Below the pieces are notes generated by a model. It saw only the letters and a program-made list of their open reading frames with translations, had not been told where the DNA came from and did no database searches. A program made the position numbers and the translations under genes. Shown in pieces: positions 59,651-64,000 of a stretch of 64,000 nt of DNA. Within the stretch, counting starts at the first letter, position 1; every line of letters begins with the position of its first letter. This DNA is from Macrostomum lignano (Eukaryota). Location of the stretch: assembly GCA_002269645.1 (NCBI GenBank), contig NIVC01000702.1, positions 62,001-126,000 on the forward strand. Reading direction: 5' to 3'.

Positions 59651-60203
59651 TGTCAGTGATACTGAATTTGATACTGAAATATTTTCAGTTTAGCCGTTTG
59701 AAAAAAAACGGTTTTTTAGTCTAACTTTTTAACGATTATTCGCATGTATAAAAGTTCCGAAAGCAAAATCTATGCAAATAATTCAGTTCATCAATCTAGC
59801 ATCCAGTTTAACAACAATTTCTTTGAATGTGAAAATATTATAAAGTTTACTTCTGACAGTTTTGCATCGCTTTTCCCAGTTTGAGATGTTTCATTTTTGA
59901 TTTGCGAATGAAGGCAACGCAAATTTAAAAAGGGAATCTCCAGCGAGCCAAGTTTTGAGCAAACAAAAGACCTGCTGAACCATGATTCTGGCTTATATAT
60001 TTCCCAGTTCATTGGGAGATCCAAAAGTAAGCGAATTAATTCCAATGCAGCTTGTCAAGTGCACGCTGTCATGGCCAAACTCCGTTAAGCAGAGTTTGGC
60101 TTTTGAGTTAAGCATATATAGGCGAGACTAGGCCAATACCATTATCATATAGACTATCGTTTTTTAATGCATTTTTTAATGAAGCTGTTAAGTCACGATA
60201 AAT

Positions 60204-61903
60204 TGCCATAGATTATGAGCGAGAAATTCACTGTTTTTATTAATTTAAGCAACAAGAACTTTAACAGGAAACAGATCGAGGATATAGCAAAGCAAACGAA
60301 TACCAAAGTATTTGATTTTCGACAGTTAAGACTTATAAGTACGAGCTATATATTCTTTGTTAGAATTTGAACGTGCACCCATCGAAGAGGCAGTTGGCAA
60401 ACATCGGCTGTTGCACACTTCGCAGGTCAACTTGAGCTTGCTGCATGACTGTTGCACTAGTGGTTGCACTCGTAGTCGCATCGGTTGGTGGGGCCAAATT
60501 GTCACTAACAGCGGTAGCAACCTTCCTGAGGGTTCTGTCACGCTTGCGTGCGAGATAACGTCGAACAGTGGACTCCGATCGTTGTCCTGTTACCGCCATT
60601 ATCTCCCCCATAGGCATTCCTTTGTCGAAAAGATCCGCAATACGCGTGACGCGTATGCAGTGATTCGTGTACTGCTTGGAGAGGTTGCACACACTACTAA
60701 CGTGCTTCATGAATGCAGCCAACCAATTGACACCGCGCACTTGCGTAGCAGAGAATCGAATTTGTCCTCCCGAATTGTTAGTCAGAGGGCGCGGAAAGAA
60801 CGAGGACGAATTCTGCGGTAACAAACTCTGATAATGCAGGATCAACTCCCGCTGAGCGCCGTAGATCCGACTCTGTTTGCGCTGATTTCCCTTGCATTTT
60901 GTTGGATCGCTAGTCTGGTTTTTTGTCTTTAACGGCGGCAACGCAAGATATGGATTCCCATCAGCGTCGACTTCTTCTTGGAGCGTGCCAACTTGCTTTA
61001 GACTTGACAGGTGTTCTTGACCTCTCTCGCCCAGGACATACAGCAGCGTAAATAGTACTTCATCTTGCAACCGTTCTGCTGTAGAACGGTCAAAATAAGC
61101 ACGCATTTTCTGTAAATCACCTTCTTCTATTGGCTCGTGCTGATTGACAGTGCCTCCATCAGCATGAAAATGCCGCACCTTTACTCGCAGCATCCGGTTG
61201 GCAGTGGCGAACTCGTCACTGGAAATAATATTTGTTCGACGCTTCAGCACGAGAGTCAAGTACCTCTGCACTCCAGCACGAATGCAGACCAACGTAGCTG
61301 GCGAATAGCAACTGCCGTCAGATTTTTTAGACAGAAGTAAAAGAACCTTAAAAATTCGGCCAAGCGACTGTCACTGATCACGCTTACATCCACAGCACCA
61401 TGTTTCTTCAAAAACTCCACGAACATTTTGCCATACAGAAACATGTGTTCTCGTGTAGTGCTCGGCAGTGATTCCAGTTCGGCAACATCCATCGCAATGG
61501 GTAAATCAGATAGTTCTGGAAGCTCGACACTAGAAACCGCAGCGGCCTCATCAGCCGTCTCGATTTTAGTCAGGTAGTCGATAAAATCTCCAAGAATTTC
61601 ATCGGAACTGTGGTTCACGGCGCTCAGTTCACTCAGAAAATCTAGTTCAGTAGACGAGACGCCATCTAAACTGTCGACCGGTAGGTTTTTCCAGTTGATA
61701 AGAGGCATTTTTAATTCGATTTCTCTCGCTTCTTGCTTCTAGTTCTTAACTTCCTAACAGACTTCATGGTCGAGCTTTTCTTTTAGAGAACTGTATTCTA
61801 AAAAATTGTCTATGGTCCAATTAGTGGGGGCTCTGCCCCCACACCCCCGCAAGGGAGCTGCGCTTCCTTGTCCCTGCTCACTGCCGAGCCAATATCTATG
61901 GCA
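60204..61903 (-). mobile_element. Crypton-like tyrosine-recombinase element
   Basis: The YR gene is bracketed by the 10-bp inverted repeat TGCCATAGAT (60204-60213) / ATCTATGGCA (61894-61903). These boundaries are inferred. Confidence 0.65.
60360..61708 (-). CDS. Tyrosine recombinase (Crypton/DUF3504-like), ~449 aa if a 1-nt loss in the A-run near 61325 is restored
   Basis: Motifs SDGSCYSPATL..RAGVQRYL, LGERGQEH, YTNHCIRVT and TGQRSESTVRRY. Two abutting ORFs are joined by CTAAAAAATCTGAC. Confidence 0.85.
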
Positions 61904-61994
61904 CGAAGACACTGCAGCGTTACTTAATGGCGTGGCTTAATGGCGTTACATAATGATCAACCGAAAACGCTAGTTTATATGATAATGCGATTAT

Positions 61995-62086
61995 GTCTAT
62001 GGTTTCAGAATTAAATAATGATCAGCAGTCACTCGTGGCTTCGCCACTCGTGACTGTGATCATTATCCAAGTCTGAAACCATAGAC
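61995..62086. mobile_element. 92-bp palindromic mini-element next to the recombinase
   Basis: Arms GTCTATGGTTTCAGA / TCTGAAACCATAGAC, inner TAATGATCA/TGATCATTA and CAGTCAC/GTGACTG, centre GTGGCTTCGCCAC. Confidence 0.75.
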
Positions 62087-62158
62087 TTAATCTACCATTA
62101 AACGCAGCCTCAGACATTCTAACCACAGAATGTGAATTAAACGGCGTTTATTATTTAC

Positions 62159-64000
62159 ATAACTGCATGCAATCGATAAAGACATGATTATTTTGGTTCC
62201 GACTTGTAGATTGATTTTTTTGTAAAAATCTTCATGTATAGAGCAACTTTACCCATAAACAAAAGGCAAATCGACAGCAAACTGCAAACTGTCAGTCGTG
62301 TCAAGTGTCAAAAGCCAAGGCTGCTCAGATAGGCTCAGATAGCAAACCATAAGTTGTCAAGAAAAATCATAAAAAGTGTTTCGCGGTTCTTCTCTCATTC
62401 TCAAAGTATGTGCGCCCTGGCCCCTAATTCCTGTAAAGGGAAATGAATATTCGGACAGCAGTTTTGGAAAGCGAGTTACTGACAGACTCGCTTGGCATAC
62501 ACCAGAAGCATTAAACTAGTGTTTTCCCCAGTTTTTTTACTGATTCTGATTTTTGCTGATTTTTTTGCTGAGATGAGGGAAGGGAGATAAGGGAAGTGAG
62601 ATGAGGGAAAGGAGATAAGGGAAAGGAGATAAGGGAAGGGAGATAAGGGAAGGGAGATACGGGAAGGGAGATACATGTAAGGTAAGGTAGATAAGGGAAA
62701 GGAGATAAGGGAAAGGAGATAAGGGAAGGGAGATAAGGGAAGCGAGATAAGGGAAGGGAGATACATGTAAGGTAAGGTAGATAAGGGAAAGGAGATAAGG
62801 GAAAGGAGATAAGGGAAGGGAGATAAGGGAAGGGAGACAAGGGAAGGGAAATAGGGAAGGGAGACAAGGGAAGGGAGATAAGGGAAGGGAGATAAGGGAA
62901 GGGAGACAAGGGAAGGGAGATAAGGGAAGGGAGATAAGGGAAGGGAGACAAGGGAAGGGAAATAGGGAAGGGAGATAAGGGAAGGGAGATAAGGGAAGGG
63001 AGATGAGGGAAGGGAGATGAGGGAAGGGAGATAAGGGAAGGGAGATAAGGGAAGGGAGACAAGGGAAGGGAGATAAGGGAAGGGAGATAAGGGAAGGGAG
63101 ACAAGGGAAGGGAGATAAGGGAAGGGAGATGAGGGAAGGGAGATAAGGGAAGGGAGATAAGGGAAGGGAGACAAGGGAAGGGAGATAAGGGAAGGGAGAT
63201 GAGGGAAGGGAGATAAGGGAAGGGAGATAAGGGAAGGGAGATGCATGTAAGGGAAGGGAGATAAGGGAAAGGAGATAAGGCAAGGGAGATGAGGGAAGGG
63301 AGATAAGGGAAGGGAGATGAGGGAAGGGAGATAAGGGAAGGGAGATAAGGGAAGGGAGATACATGTAAGGGAAGGGAGATAAGGGAAGGGAGATAAGGGA
63401 AGGGAGATAAGGGAAGGGAGATACATGTAAGGGAAGGGAGATAAGGGAAAGGAGATAAGGGAAGGGAGATACATGTAAGGGAAGGGAGATAAGGGAAAGG
63501 AGATAAGGGAAGGGACTTTTAACCTCAATAACCTCAATCATCCGCTGATGCCAGGCAACAAAGTAAACAAAGTACTCGTAATTAGTGTCTTTTTGTGATG
63601 GGCTACTAGCTATATAACATTTGTGTCAAATTTACGGTGTAACAATTGCTGTATAAGTCTTTCAAGTGGTTTTAAAATCTAGCGGAAATATTCATCAGCT
63701 ACAGTGTATGTACATGTACTTCGCACGTTCATAGCTTGATACGATTTTTATTACTGCTAGCTACAGCTGCAGGTTAATTGTCATCTTTACTGTTACGTGT
63801 GCCGTGTATAAACTCAGGCTTGCTAAGAAAAAAGGAAATTGAAGATCATTAAGTTTCAATTTAGTCAACTAACATTTTAATAGTTTGCAACAATTTGACA
63901 ATACAAAAACTTGCGACACAAAAGTACCTTGCATCAATCGTGCAACATTTTACGAAATATGATAAATTCTTAAGTCGGTATATTGATAGTTTGTTAATCA
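62159..64000 (-). repeat. Right arm of inverted duplication, ending in the last codons (GAT TAA) of a probable third knottin gene
   Basis: 63961-64000 is the reverse complement of the knottin-2 stop region. The LTR site is empty here, and the 14-mer satellite is expanded (~62572-63515). Confidence 0.9.

Overview
Eukaryotic genomic DNA with GC-rich exons, AT-rich spacers and satellite-filled introns. The style suggests a free-living flatworm such as Macrostomum; this is inference only. I assembled these gene models by hand from GT-AG sites: two convergent innexins, an intronless CYP3-clan P450, an intronless CK1-like pseudokinase, DUSP12/YVH1, LRRC73 with an antisense ORF nested in one intron, DPY30, two secreted 7-Cys knottin-like peptide genes, and a C2-domain class I Rab11-FIP. 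The final codons of a probable third knottin gene sit at the right window edge. Mobile DNA includes an 8.9-kb Ty3/Gypsy LTR element with apparently identical LTRs inserted 35 bp after a knottin stop codon, a Crypton-like tyrosine recombinase between short inverted repeats, two tRNA-derived SINE families and several MITE-like hairpins. There are about 20 satellite blocks and an inverted segmental duplication. The most interesting leads are the fast-diverging toxin-like knottin cluster, the recombinase with an over-represented CCATAGAC motif, the nested orphan gene and the pseudokinase. Coordinates were counted by hand and may be off by a few bases.
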